Part shown: positions 46,389 through 56,650 of the stretch, piece by piece
Position numbering within the stretch: the stretch's first letter is position 1
How the letters are laid out: each line of letters opens with the position of its first letter
Assembly (NCBI GenBank): GCA_963700145.1
Contig: OY969474.1
Span: forward strand, 3,360,001 to 3,424,000
Direction: 5' to 3'
Length of the DNA: 64,000 nucleotides
Origin: an uncultured Acidobacteriota bacterium
GTDB taxonomy: Bacteria > Acidobacteriota > Thermoanaerobaculia > Multivoradales > UBA5704
The notes under the pieces: generated by a model
Seen by the model: only the letters and a program-made list of their open reading frames with translations
The model's database searches: none
Told to the model about the DNA's origin: nothing
Program-made: the position numbers and the translations under genes

Positions 46389-49300
46389 TCAGCTCCCTAG
46401 AGATTTCAACTGCTGGTTCGCGACCGCCAGCATCGCCAGGTCGGGCGCGGCGACCGACTGCAGCTCGGCCAGGAGCTGCTCGGTGCGCGCCACCTGCGGG
46501 CGGCGCGCCTCGCTCCAGGCCTCGAGCAGCCGCTCGGGGGGGAGGCCGTCGGTCGCCCCGGCGAGGACGCGCGCGGTCAAGACGCTCTGGTGGCCGTAGA
46601 GGTCGTCGACGATCGCCGAGACCGCCAGCTTGTTCCAGGCGTTGTCGGTCGGCAGCCCGAGCGCCGCCCGCCGCAGCCAGTCGAAGCCGAAGCGGTCCCC
46701 CACCGCGAAGTAGGTGCGCGCCACCCGCGCCACGCCGACCCCGGCGTCGCGCGCCAGGCGCACGATGTCGAGCACCGGCGCCAGGTGCCCGAGCGCCGCC
46801 ACCCGCCGGGCCAGCTCCTCCGGCACGCCGGGCTGGGCGAAATCAGCGGCGCGCTCGTGCAGGAGCTTGCGGTCGGACGCGGAGAGGTAGCCCTCGAGGC
46901 CCTCCGCCAGCTCGCGCACGCTCGGGCCGTAGGCGGCGATCAGGCCGCTGATGTCGATCTTGCCGCTGGTGGCGCGCAGGAACCAGGTGGCGCCGCGCTC
47001 GACCGCCCGCCCGCACTCGGCGAGCATCGCCGCCTGCACCGCCGCCGGCGCGCGGTTGTCGAGCCCCTCGATGTCGCGCCAGAGGGCGCGCATCGCGAAG
47101 ACCTCGCGCGCCACGACGTAGGCCGCCCCCACCTCCGGCGCCCCCATCCCGGTGCGCTCGCGCACCTCGTGGACGAAGGCGACGCCGACGCGGTTGACCA
47201 TGCTGTTGGTGACCGCGGTGGCGACGATCTCGCGGCGCAGCCGGTGGCGCCCGATCTCCTCGGCGAAGCGCTCCCGCAGCGGCCGCGGGAAGTAGAGCGC
47301 CAGGTCCTCCCGCAGGAACGGGTCGTCGGGGAGCGGCGAGTGGACGAGCTCGTCGTAGAGGACGATCTTGGCGTACGAGAGGAGCACCGCGAGCTCCGGC
47401 CGCGTCAGGCCGATCCCCTGGGAGAGCCGCGAGGCCAGCGTCTCGTCGTCCGGCAGGTACTCGAGGCGGCGGTCCAGCCGGCCGGCCTTCTCGAGCGCGC
47501 GCATGAAGCGGCCGAGGCGGTCGAGCAGGCGCGCCCCGATCTGGTGGGTGACGGTGAGCGCCTGGGTCTGCAGGTAGTTGTCGCGCAGCACCAGCGCCGC
47601 CACCTCCTCGGTCATGGTTGCCAGCAGCTCGTCGCGCTCGGGGCGCGTCATGCCGCCGGCGCGCTCGACGTCGCCGAGCAGGATCTTGATGTTGACCTCG
47701 TGGTCGGAGCAGTCGACGCCGGCGGAGTTGTCGATCCAGTCGGTGTTGAGGCGGCCGCCGGCGTGGAGCGCGTACTCGATGCGGCCGAGCTGCGTCATCC
47801 CGAGGTTCGCGCCCTCGCCGACCACCTTGACGCGCAGGTCGGCGCCGTCCACCCGTAGCGCGTCGTTGGCGCGGTCGCCGACGTCGGCGTGGCTCTCGTG
47901 GCGCTCCTTGACGTAGGTGCCGATGCCGCCGAACCAGAGGAGCTCGACCGGGGCCTTGAGGATCGCCTGGATCAGCTCGGCCGGCGTCACCTCCTCGGCC
48001 TCGAGGCCGCCGAAGAGGTTGCGCATCTCGGGGGTGACGGCGATCGACTTGGCGCCGCGCTCGAAGACGCCGCCGCCGGGCGCGATGAGCTTCGGGTCGT
48101 AGTCGGCCCAGGAGGAGCGCGGCAGCTCGAAGAGGCGCTGGCGCTCGGCGAAGCTCGCCGCCGGGTCGGGGTCGGGATCGACGAAGACGTGGCGGTGGTC
48201 GAAGGCGGCGAGCAGCTTGGTGTGCGGCGAGCGCAGCAGGCCGTTGCCGAAGACGTCGCCCGACATGTCGCCGACGCCGACGACGGTGAAGTCCTCCTTC
48301 TCGACGTCCTTGCCCAGCTCGCGGAAGTGGCGCTTGACCGACTCCCAGACGCCGCGCGAGGTGATCGCCATCTTCTTGTGGTCGTAGCCGGCCGAGCCGC
48401 CGGAGGCGAAGGCGTCGTCGAGCCAGAAGCCGTACTCGGCGGAGACCGCGTTGGCGATGTCGGAGAAGCTGGCGGTCCCCTTGTCGGCGGCGACGACGAG
48501 GTAGGGGTCGTCGTCGTCGCGGCGCACGACGTCGGGCGGCGGCACGACCTCCTGGCCGCGCAGGTTGTCGGTCAGGTCGAGGAGGCCGCGCATCATCGTC
48601 TTGTAGCAGTCGACGACCTCGGCCATGAGCTTCTCGCGCCCGGCTTCCTGGGGCGGCTGCCGCTTGACGACGAAGCCGCCCTTCGAGCCCACCGGCACGA
48701 TGACGGCGTTCTTGACCATCTGCGCCTTCATCAGGCCGAGGACCTCGGTGCGGAAGTCCTCGCGCCGGTCCGACCAGCGGATGCCGCCGCGTGCCACCTT
48801 GCCGCCGCGCAGGTGGGCCGCTTCGACGCGCGGGCTGTAGATGAAGATCTCGCGGAAGGGGCGGGGCAGCGGCAGCTCCTCGATCTGCCGCGAGTCGAGC
48901 TTGAACGACAGGTAGGGCTTCGGCCCGCCGCCCTCGGCGCGCTGGTAGTAGTTGGTGCGCAGCGTCGCCTCGACGACGTTCAGGTAGCGGCGGAGGATGC
49001 GGTCCTCGTCGAGGTTGGCGACGGCGTCGAGGAGGCGCTCGATCTCGGCGACGATCGCGCGGGCGCGCTTCTCCCGCTCCGCCTCCTGCCGCGCCGGGTC
49101 GAAGCGCACCTCGAAGAGCTCGACCAGCAGGCGCGCCACCTCCGCGTTCTTCGCCAGGGTCTGCTGCATGTAGAACTGGCTGAACGGGATGCGCGCCTGG
49201 CGCAGGAACTTGCAGTAGGCGCGCAGGACGTTGACCTCGCGCGCCACGAGCTTCGCCTTGATGACCAGCTTGTTGAAGCCGTCGCCTTCGATCGCGCCGC

Positions 49301-51236
49301 GCCAGACCTGGGCGAAGGCCTCGTGGAAGGCGTCGCGCACCTCCTCGAGCGGCACCGCGGCGCCGTCCTCGGAGACCAGCTCGAGGTCGCGGATCCAGAG
49401 CCCGCAGTCCTCCTCGCCTTCCGGGCGGATGGCGAAGGGCACCTCGTCGTTGACCCGCAGGCCCATCGCCTCGAGCATGGGCAGGAGGTCGGAGAGCGGC
49501 ACCGAGGGGCCGCAGGTGTAGATCTTGAGCCGCAGCTCGTGCGGCGCCGCCCCCGCCGGCCGGTAGAGGTTCATGGTGAAGCCGTCGGCGAGCGCCCGCT
49601 CGAGGTAGCCGATGTCCTCGAGCGCCGCCGGCACCGCGAACCGTTCCTGGTAGCTCGGCGGGAAGGCCTTCCCCCAGCGCTGCGCCAGCGCCACGCCCTC
49701 CTCCTCGCCGCGCGCTCCGACCAGCTCGCGCACCAGGCGGTCGGTCCAGGAGCGGCCGGTCTCGATCAGCCGCTCCTCAACGGCGTCGGTGTCCACCGCC
49801 GGGATCGACGCCGTCGTCATGTCGATGATGAAGTGCAGGCGGGCGAAGGCGTCCTCGGTCAGGTAGGTCTCGACGGCGCCGGTCCGCCCCTGGAAGGCCT
49901 CCTCGAGGATGGCCTGGAACTTGGGGCGCAGCTCGCTGTCGAAGCGGTCGCGCGGCACCAGGACCTGCGCCGAGACGAAGCGCTCGAAGGGGTCGCGGCG
50001 GACGAAGAGGGCGATCCGCTGCCGCTGCTGGAGGTTCAAGTACCCCATGGCGATGCGGAAGAGGTCCTCGTCGCCGATCTGGAAGAGCTGGTCGCGCGGG
50101 TAGACCTCCAGGATGTGGCGCAGCGACTTGGCGTCGTGGCTGCCGGGCGCGAAGTCGGCGCGCGTCAGCACCTTCTCGACCTTCTGGCGCAGGAAGGGGA
50201 TCGAGCGCGTGCCGCTCGAGTAGGCGGCCGCGGTGAAGAGACCGACGATGAGCCGCATGCCGGTGACCCGGCCGGCGGGGTCGAAGCACTTGACCGAGAC
50301 GGCGTCCATGTGGACGGCGCGGTGGACCTTCGACAGGCGGTTGGCCTTGGTGATCGACAGTAGCTCCGGCTGGCGCAGGAACTGGCGCACCTCGGGCGGC
50401 AGCGACCCCAGGCTGCGCAGGCCGTGGAAGATCGTCGTCTGCTCGTCGCGCAGCACGCCGCAGCCGCTCTCGGGCAGGACGCGCGCGATCGCCGCCTCGC
50501 CCTCGCCTTCGAAGGCGTACTCGCGGTAGCCCAGGTAGGTGAAGTGGTGGTCATCCAGCCAGGCGAGGAAGGCGTGCCCCTCCTCGACCTCCTCGGCCGG
50601 CAGCGGCGGCGGCCGGCGCTCCAGCTCGCCGATCAGCGCGCGGCAGCGGTCGCGCATCGTCCGCCAGTCGGCGACCGCGGCGCGGACCTCGGCGAGCACC
50701 CCTTCGAGGGCGGCGCGGATCTCCTCCTGCCGCTCGGCCGGCTGGGCGGTGATGCGCACGTGCATCACCGACTCGGCGCTCGCGCCCTCCGGCGGCGCCT
50801 CCGGGTCGTGGACGGCGAGGAGGCGCCCCTCGGCGTCGCGCTCGACCCGCATCACCGGATGGACGACGAGGTGGACCTCGGCCTCGGAGCGGGCCAGCTC
50901 GGCGGTGACGGAGTCGACCAGGAACGGCATGTCGTCGTTGACGATCTCGACGATCGTGTGCGGCGACTCCCAGCCGTGCTCCTCGAGGCGCGGGTGGTAG
51001 ACGCGGACCTTGGCGGTCCCCGGCGAGCGCTCCTGGGCGAAGCGCCAGAGGGCGATGGCGGCGCCCCAGAGGTCCTCCGGCCGATCGGCCAGGAGGTCCT
51101 CGGCCGGCACGTGGGCGTAGAGCTGGCGCACCGACCGCTCGGCGACGTCGCGCAGCTCCGCCGGCGCCGCCTCGCGCGCGCGCAGCGCCAGCCGCTCGAT
51201 CAGTTCCGCCTTGAGCTGCTCCGACCGTGGGACCAT
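46389..51236 (-). CDS. gdhB: Large NAD-specific glutamate dehydrogenase
   Basis: 1615 aa; DDMPFLVDS, ARGGIRWSDR, KAQMVKNAVIVP, YLVVAADKGTA, GDMSGDVFGNG, DNSAGVDCSDHEVNIKI. Confidence 0.96.
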   Translation of the reverse strand: MVPRSEQLKAELIERLALRAREAAPAELRDVAERSVRQLYAHVPAEDLLADRPEDLWGAAIALWRFAQERSPGTAKVRVYHPRLEEHGWESPHTIVEIVNDDMPFLVDSVTAELARSEAEVHLVVHPVMRVERDAEGRLLAVHDPEAPPEGASAESVMHVRITAQPAERQEEIRAALEGVLAEVRAAVADWRTMRDRCRALIGELERRPPPLPAEEVEEGHAFLAWLDDHHFTYLGYREYAFEGEGEAAIARVLPESGCGVLRDEQTTIFHGLRSLGSLPPEVRQFLRQPELLSITKANRLSKVHRAVHMDAVSVKCFDPAGRVTGMRLIVGLFTAAAYSSGTRSIPFLRQKVEKVLTRADFAPGSHDAKSLRHILEVYPRDQLFQIGDEDLFRIAMGYLNLQQRQRIALFVRRDPFERFVSAQVLVPRDRFDSELRPKFQAILEEAFQGRTGAVETYLTEDAFARLHFIIDMTTASIPAVDTDAVEERLIETGRSWTDRLVRELVGARGEEEGVALAQRWGKAFPPSYQERFAVPAALEDIGYLERALADGFTMNLYRPAGAAPHELRLKIYTCGPSVPLSDLLPMLEAMGLRVNDEVPFAIRPEGEEDCGLWIRDLELVSEDGAAVPLEEVRDAFHEAFAQVWRGAIEGDGFNKLVIKAKLVAREVNVLRAYCKFLRQARIPFSQFYMQQTLAKNAEVARLLVELFEVRFDPARQEAEREKRARAIVAEIERLLDAVANLDEDRILRRYLNVVEATLRTNYYQRAEGGGPKPYLSFKLDSRQIEELPLPRPFREIFIYSPRVEAAHLRGGKVARGGIRWSDRREDFRTEVLGLMKAQMVKNAVIVPVGSKGGFVVKRQPPQEAGREKLMAEVVDCYKTMMRGLLDLTDNLRGQEVVPPPDVVRRDDDDPYLVVAADKGTASFSDIANAVSAEYGFWLDDAFASGGSAGYDHKKMAITSRGVWESVKRHFRELGKDVEKEDFTVVGVGDMSGDVFGNGLLRSPHTKLLAAFDHRHVFVDPDPDPAASFAERQRLFELPRSSWADYDPKLIAPGGGVFERGAKSIAVTPEMRNLFGGLEAEEVTPAELIQAILKAPVELLWFGGIGTYVKERHESHADVGDRANDALRVDGADLRVKVVGEGANLGMTQLGRIEYALHAGGRLNTDWIDNSAGVDCSDHEVNIKILLGDVERAGGMTRPERDELLATMTEEVAALVLRDNYLQTQALTVTHQIGARLLDRLGRFMRALEKAGRLDRRLEYLPDDETLASRLSQGIGLTRPELAVLLSYAKIVLYDELVHSPLPDDPFLREDLALYFPRPLRERFAEEIGRHRLRREIVATAVTNSMVNRVGVAFVHEVRERTGMGAPEVGAAYVVAREVFAMRALWRDIEGLDNRAPAAVQAAMLAECGRAVERGATWFLRATSGKIDISGLIAAYGPSVRELAEGLEGYLSASDRKLLHERAADFAQPGVPEELARRVAALGHLAPVLDIVRLARDAGVGVARVARTYFAVGDRFGFDWLRRAALGLPTDNAWNKLAVSAIVDDLYGHQSVLTARVLAGATDGLPPERLLEAWSEARRPQVARTEQLLAELQSVAAPDLAMLAVANQQLKSLGS

Positions 51237-51292
51237 GAGCCCTCTCGCCGACCGCGGAAGGCTAGCATCCCACGATGGCGGGGCGCCGACGG

Positions 51293-52258
51293 CTAGGGGG
51301 GATCGACGGTGCCGTCGGGGTAGACGCGCGGCCGCGCGAGGCCCGGCGCGGGGCCGACGCCGCGCAGGCGCGCCAGGCAGAGCACCCAGACGGTGCGATA
51401 GCCGGTCGGGGTCGGCGCGATGGCGAGGCCGATGCCGAGGCCGGAGTAGCCCTTGGCGAGCACGCTCTTGCGATCGGCGAGACCGCGCAGGAGCGCGTCG
51501 TGGGTGGCGCCGGCCGAGAGGGTGTCGCGCACCACCGTCTCCGCCACCGCGTCGAGCCCGAGGTCCGGACCGGTGTAGCCGGCGGCGAGCACCAGCCGGA
51601 CCAGGCGCTCGCGCCGCGGCACCTTCGAGTCGCGGTCGGCGCCGGAGAGCAGGGCCTCGGCCTGGACCTGGGCGGCGCGGTCCAAGGCCGGATGCGTCCC
51701 CAGGCCGTGCAGCCCCTCGGCGGCGCGCGAGAGGTTGATCGCCTCGAACAGCTCGCGGCGGGCGCCCTCCTGGTCCGCGAGCGCCTCCCCTTGCGACCGG
51801 GCCAGCACCACGGCGTAGAGGGTCAAGCCGTGGCGCTCGCCGAGGCCGACGCCGACGTCGCGCGTGTCGGGGTGGAAGAGGCTCTGCGCGTTGCGCGCCG
51901 CCTCGCGCCCCCAGGCGGCCGCCAGGACGGGCGGGGCGTCGTCGCTCGTCGCGAGCTTCTCGGCGACCAGCCGCGCGCGGTAGCCGGCCTCCGCGACCCA
52001 GGCCTCGATCACTTTCCCCTCCGGCGAGGTGAAGCCGAGGTAGCCCTTGGCGTCCATGTCGGCGATGTGCGCCTGCGCGGCCGCCGTGAGCTGCGGGACC
52101 AGCCGGAGCGCGGCGAGCCCGAGCCGCTCGCGCTCCTGGTTCAGGTGCTCGACGAGGCTGGCGCGGGTGGCGTCGGAGTCGGCGGCGGGAGGAGGCTCCT
52201 GCCCCGCCGCCGGCGGCGCGAGGCAGAGCAGCAGCAGCCCGAACGTCCGCCCAAACAT
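51293..52258 (-). CDS. Secreted protein with two CAP/SCP domains
   Basis: LNQERERLGL..L...L..AAQ.H..DM...GY; second INLSRAAEGL repeat. Confidence 0.78.
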   Translation of the reverse strand: MFGRTFGLLLLCLAPPAAGQEPPPAADSDATRASLVEHLNQERERLGLAALRLVPQLTAAAQAHIADMDAKGYLGFTSPEGKVIEAWVAEAGYRARLVAEKLATSDDAPPVLAAAWGREAARNAQSLFHPDTRDVGVGLGERHGLTLYAVVLARSQGEALADQEGARRELFEAINLSRAAEGLHGLGTHPALDRAAQVQAEALLSGADRDSKVPRRERLVRLVLAAGYTGPDLGLDAVAETVVRDTLSAGATHDALLRGLADRKSVLAKGYSGLGIGLAIAPTPTGYRTVWVLCLARLRGVGPAPGLARPRVYPDGTVDPP

Positions 52259-52298
52259 CCGAGAGCCCAGCACGAGCAGAATCTTACCAACCGCTGGC

Positions 52299-53276
52299 TC
52301 ATGCGGCGGCGCGCTCGTCCAGCGGGCTCGCCCGCTCCGCCGGCTCGGGCTCGGCGGCCGCCGGCAGGCGCTGGGCGCTGGTGATGACGGCGACGCCGGT
52401 GACGATGACCGCCGCGGCGGCGAGGGTGCCACCGGTCAGGGGCTCGCCGGCGAAGGCCCAGCCCAAGAGGACCGCCACCACCGGGTTGACGTAGGCGTAG
52501 GTCGCGACCAGGGCCGGCGGCGCCTCGCGCAGCAGCCAGACGTAGGCCGAGAAGCCGATCAGCGCGCCGAAGAAGATCAGGTAGCCGAGCGCCAGGAGCG
52601 ACTTGGTGGTGACCGCTTCGAGCGCGAAGCGGCCGGGCTCGCCGGCGGCGAGCGAGGCCAGCAGCAGCAAGCCGCCGCCGGCCAGCATCTCCATGCCGGT
52701 GGTCAGGATCGGCGAGTCCGGCAGCGGCAGCCGCTTCGAGGCCAGCGACCCCCAGGCCCAGGAGAGCGAGGCCGCGATCAGCACCGCGGCGCCCACCGGG
52801 TCGACGGCGCCGCCGCCGGCCCCGGGCCGCACCAGCAGCGCGACGCCGACGAAGCCGAGCGCGAGCCCCAGCCCCACCCGCCAGCCGGGACGGCGGCCGC
52901 CGCGGCGCAGCCAGTCGAAGAGCACCATCCAGAGCGGCACGGTCGTGACCAGGAGCGCGGTGAGCCCGGAGTCCACGCGCTGCTCGGCCCAGGTGACGCC
53001 GCCGTTGCCGCCGAGCAGCAGGCACGCGCCGACCAGCGCCGCCGCCAGCCAGTTGCGCCGCGTCGGCCGCGCCGCGCCGCGGGCGCGCGCCCAGGCGTAG
53101 AGGAGCGTGCCGGCGATGAGGAAGCGCACGCCGGCCATCAAGAAGGGCGGGATCGTGTCGATCGCGAAGCGGATCGCGAGATAGGTCGAGCCCCAGATGA
53201 CGTAGACCGCGGCGAGCGCGGGTGCCAGCCGCAGCAGGCCGCCGGTGGCGGCGGAACGGACGCCGGTGTCAGGCAC
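52299..53276 (-). CDS. EamA/DMT family transporter (YedA-like)
   Basis: VYVIWGSTYLAIR, PPFLMAGVRF, TYAYVNPVVAV. Confidence 0.92.
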   Translation of the reverse strand: MPDTGVRSAATGGLLRLAPALAAVYVIWGSTYLAIRFAIDTIPPFLMAGVRFLIAGTLLYAWARARGAARPTRRNWLAAALVGACLLLGGNGGVTWAEQRVDSGLTALLVTTVPLWMVLFDWLRRGGRRPGWRVGLGLALGFVGVALLVRPGAGGGAVDPVGAAVLIAASLSWAWGSLASKRLPLPDSPILTTGMEMLAGGGLLLLASLAAGEPGRFALEAVTTKSLLALGYLIFFGALIGFSAYVWLLREAPPALVATYAYVNPVVAVLLGWAFAGEPLTGGTLAAAAVIVTGVAVITSAQRLPAAAEPEPAERASPLDERAAA

Positions 53277-53781
53277 GGCGCGCCTCCGGCTCCTCCACGC
53301 CCTCCTCGCCGTCGCTCGGCCAGACGCGCCCGCCGAGCGGCAGCTTCGCGCTCTCGCGGATCGTCTCGAGCGCCACGGTGGTGCGGGTGCGCAGCCGGCC
53401 GAGCCCGCCGAACTTCTCGCGCAGCAGGCGGCCGAGCTCGCGCGCGTCGGCGGCGCGCACCTTGACCAGGAAGCAGTCCTCGCCGGCGATGTGGTGGACC
53501 TCCTGCACCTCGGAGATCTCGGCCAGCCGCTCGCCGTAAGGATCGGTACCGGTCGTCGCATCCTCGGAGCGCACGAAGACGAAGGCGAGGAGCCCGAGCC
53601 CCAGGGCCTGCGGATCGATCCGCGCCTCGTACCCCTGGATGACGCCGCGCGCCTCCAGCTTGCGGATGCGCTCGAAGACCGCCGAAGGCGCCATGCCGAT
53701 CTCGCGGGCGATGCGAACGTTCGGCGTCCGGGCGTTCTCCTGAAGGATGTTCAGGATCTTGAGGTCGTATTCGTCGATCAT
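53269..53781 (-). CDS. Lrp/AsnC family regulator
   Basis: IDEYDLKIL..LQENAR...IAREIG...ERIRKLE..GVIQGY; HHIAGED. Confidence 0.93.
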   Translation of the reverse strand: MIDEYDLKILNILQENARTPNVRIAREIGMAPSAVFERIRKLEARGVIQGYEARIDPQALGLGLLAFVFVRSEDATTGTDPYGERLAEISEVQEVHHIAGEDCFLVKVRAADARELGRLLREKFGGLGRLRTRTTVALETIRESAKLPLGGRVWPSDGEEGVEEPEARRA

Positions 53782-53909
53782 TCGCCGTCTCCCCGAATGC
53801 ACAGAGGCTACGCCTGCAGGCGGCGCCTGTCAAGCGGTTTCTTCGGCGATCTTCGAGAAACGGCGAACGAACTACCGGCTGCGGGCGCCGGGACGTCGCT
53901 AAACGTCGG

Positions 53910-54965
53910 CTAGATGGCGATCCGGCTCTCCGCTTCGGCGGCGAGGGGGTCGTCGGCGAGGCCCCGGCGGTGCCGGAGCAGGGCGGCGTGGGCGATCATC
54001 GCCGCGTTGTCCCCGGAGTAGACGAGCGGCACGAGGCGCAGCTCCACCCCCCGCTCCGCCGCCCAGCGCACCAGCTCGCGGCGCAGCAGGCGGTTGGCGG
54101 CGGCGCCGCCGGAGACGGCGAGGAGCGGGATGGGCTCCCCGGCGTGCAGGCGCTCCAGGCGGTCGAGCGCCTGGCCGACCGCCGCGACGCGGAAGCCGGC
54201 CAGGAGGTCGAGGACCGGCTGCGGCGCCTCCTCCCCCTCCTCCGGCGCCCACCGCACCCCCGCCCGCTCCAGCCGCTCGATCGCCTGCAGGGCCTGGCTC
54301 TTGAGCCCCGAGTAGGAGAAGTCGAGGCTCGCGCCGCAGTCGGGGACGGGGAAGGGGCTGGCGGCGGGGTCCCCGCGCTCGGCCAGCTCGTCGACGCGCG
54401 GCCCTTGCGGGAAGGGGAGGCCGAGGCGTTTGCCGACCTTGTCGAAGGCCTCGCCCATCGCGTCGTCGCGAGTCTCGGCGACCGTCGCGATCTCGCCGCC
54501 GTGGACGGCGAAGATCGTGCTGTGCCCTCCCGAGACGACGAGCCCGACGAAGCGCTCGGGGGGCGGCGCGGCTGAGCCCCCCTCGGGGTCGAGGAACGGC
54601 GAGACGAGATGCCCTTCGAGGTGGTGCACCGCGTGGAACGGGCGGCGGAGGCCGTAGGCGAGGGACTTGCCGATCGAGAGGCCGACCAGGAGCGCGCCGA
54701 CCAGCCCCGGGCCGCGCGTCGCGGCGACGAGGTCGAGGTCGCCGAAGCCGGCGCCGGCGCGCGCCAGCGCCTCGCGGGCGACCGGCGTCCAGTTGCGCAG
54801 GTGCTCGCGCGAGGCGATCTCGGGCACCACGCCGCCGTAGGCGCGGTGCGCGAGCTGGCTCGAGACGACGGAGGCGAGCACCCGCCCCTCGCCGTCGAGG
54901 ACGGCGCAGGCGGTGTCGTCGCAGGAGGTCTCGATGCCGAGGACGAGGGGCGGAGTGCGAGGCAT
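53910..54965 (-). CDS. tsaD: tRNA t6A threonylcarbamoyltransferase
   Basis: LGIETSCDDT, GGVVPEIASREH, HHLEGH, DDAMGEAFDK, DNAAMIA. Confidence 0.96.
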   Translation of the reverse strand: MPRTPPLVLGIETSCDDTACAVLDGEGRVLASVVSSQLAHRAYGGVVPEIASREHLRNWTPVAREALARAGAGFGDLDLVAATRGPGLVGALLVGLSIGKSLAYGLRRPFHAVHHLEGHLVSPFLDPEGGSAAPPPERFVGLVVSGGHSTIFAVHGGEIATVAETRDDAMGEAFDKVGKRLGLPFPQGPRVDELAERGDPAASPFPVPDCGASLDFSYSGLKSQALQAIERLERAGVRWAPEEGEEAPQPVLDLLAGFRVAAVGQALDRLERLHAGEPIPLLAVSGGAAANRLLRRELVRWAAERGVELRLVPLVYSGDNAAMIAHAALLRHRRGLADDPLAAEAESRIAI

Positions 54966-55019
54966 GCGGCCGGCCGGCGCGCGGCGCCGTGCGGCCATCT
55001 TAGCGGCTGGGGCGCGCGG

Positions 55020-55367
55020 CTAGCCGGAGGTCTCGCCCGCCGGCGCTTCGGCCGGCTCCGGCTCCGCCTGCGGGATCTCGATCGGCTCGTAGACCGGGAT
55101 CTCGAAGCTGAGCGTCGAGTGGCAGTACTCCTTCCACTCGTCGGTCACGTCGTCGAAGAGGACGTTCTCGTCCTTGAAGATGCCGTCGGTGACGACGTAG
55201 TTCTCCTGCAAGTAGACGATGGAGTCGTCGTCGAGGGCGCGCGGCTTGTCGCCCTTCTTGCCGTCCACGTCGTCGACGCGCGCGTTCTCGCTCTTCTCCG
55301 ACCAGCCCGGGTAAGCCCGGAGCTGACCGAGCAGGTACGCCTTGCAGTAGTTCCCCATCTCGGCCAT
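55020..55367 (-). CDS. Small acidic hypothetical protein
   Basis: GGAGGG RBS; MGNYCKAY...YLQENYVVTDGIFKDENVLFD...W; strongly biased codon usage. Confidence 0.8.
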   Translation of the reverse strand: MAEMGNYCKAYLLGQLRAYPGWSEKSENARVDDVDGKKGDKPRALDDDSIVYLQENYVVTDGIFKDENVLFDDVTDEWKEYCHSTLSFEIPVYEPIEIPQAEPEPAEAPAGETSG

Positions 55368-55450
55368 GTGACCCTCCCCCCGCTGCTGGAGGAGTGCGCG
55401 GCGCCGCGCGATACGGGACAGGCCGGTATGATCCGCCGCCGGAGGAGCGC

Positions 55451-56650
55451 ATGGATCTCTACACCCTGGAAGACCTCGACCTCGCCGCGCTCCGCGGGCG
55501 GCGGGTGTTCGTGCGCGTCGACTTCAACGTCCCGCTGTCGGCGTCCGGCGAGGTGGGCGACACGACGCGCCTCGAGGAGGCGCTGCCGACGATCCGCGAG
55601 CTCACGGCCGCCGGCGCGCGGCTCGTCCTGGCGTCGCACGCCGGCCGCCCGAAGGGCGCCCCCGACCCGCGCTGGAGCCTGCGCCCGGTCGCCGAGACGC
55701 TGGTCGAGCTGCTCGGCGGGCCGGTCCGCTTCGCGCCGGACTGCGTCGGCCCCGCCGCCCACGCGGTGGTCGAGGCGATGGACCCCGGCGAGGTGACGCT
55801 GCTCGAAAACCTCCGCTTCCACCCCGGCGAGACCGCCAACGACCCTGCCTTCGCCGCGGCGCTCGCCGAGCACGCCGAGCTCTACGTCGACGACGCCTTC
55901 GGCAGCGCCCACCGCGCCCACGCGTCGGTGGTCGGCGTCGCCGAGCGGCTGGAACGGAAGGCGGCGGGGCGCCTCATGGTGCGCGAGGTGGCGGCGCTCG
56001 GCCGCCTCCTCGGCGAGCCGGAGCGTCCCTTCGTCTTGCTCCTGGGCGGCGCCAAGATCGAAGGCAAGATCGACACGCTGGAGAACCTCCTGCCGCGCCT
56101 CGACCGCCTGCTCCTCGGCGGCGGCATGGCCAACACGTTCCTGGTCGCGCAGGGGCACGACCTCGCCGACTCGCTCTTCGAGCCCGACCGCGTGGAGCTG
56201 GCGCGCGACATCCTGAAGCGGGCGCACGACCGCGGCGTCGCAGTGCTCCTGCCGCTCGACCTCGTGGTCACCGACGACCTAGAGAGCCCGCGCCGGGTCG
56301 AGACGGTGCCCGCCAACGCCGTGCCAAAGGGGACCAAGGCGGTGGACGTCGGCCCCGCCACCCGCCGCGCCTTCGCCGCCGAGGTCGCCGACGCCCGCAC
56401 CCTCTTCTGGAACGGCCCGCTGGGGGTCTTCGAGAAACCGCCCTTCGACGCCGGCACCCTGGCCCTCGCCGAGGCGCTGGCCGCCTGCCCGGGCTTCACC
56501 GTCCTCGGCGGCGGCGAGACGGTGGCGGCGGCGCGCCAGGCGGGCGTGACCGACGAGGTCGGGCACGTCTCGACTGGAGGCGGCGCCGCGCTGGAGTTCC
56601 TGGCCGGCAAGACCCTGCCCGGAGTCGCGGTGCTGGAGCGCCGCCGGTGA
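55451..56650 (+). CDS. pgk: Phosphoglycerate kinase
   Basis: VRVDFNVP, LLENLRF, DAFGSAHRAHAS, GGAK, WNGPLG, STGGGA. Confidence 0.97.
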   Translation: MDLYTLEDLDLAALRGRRVFVRVDFNVPLSASGEVGDTTRLEEALPTIRELTAAGARLVLASHAGRPKGAPDPRWSLRPVAETLVELLGGPVRFAPDCVGPAAHAVVEAMDPGEVTLLENLRFHPGETANDPAFAAALAEHAELYVDDAFGSAHRAHASVVGVAERLERKAAGRLMVREVAALGRLLGEPERPFVLLLGGAKIEGKIDTLENLLPRLDRLLLGGGMANTFLVAQGHDLADSLFEPDRVELARDILKRAHDRGVAVLLPLDLVVTDDLESPRRVETVPANAVPKGTKAVDVGPATRRAFAAEVADARTLFWNGPLGVFEKPPFDAGTLALAEALAACPGFTVLGGGETVAAARQAGVTDEVGHVSTGGGAALEFLAGKTLPGVAVLERRR

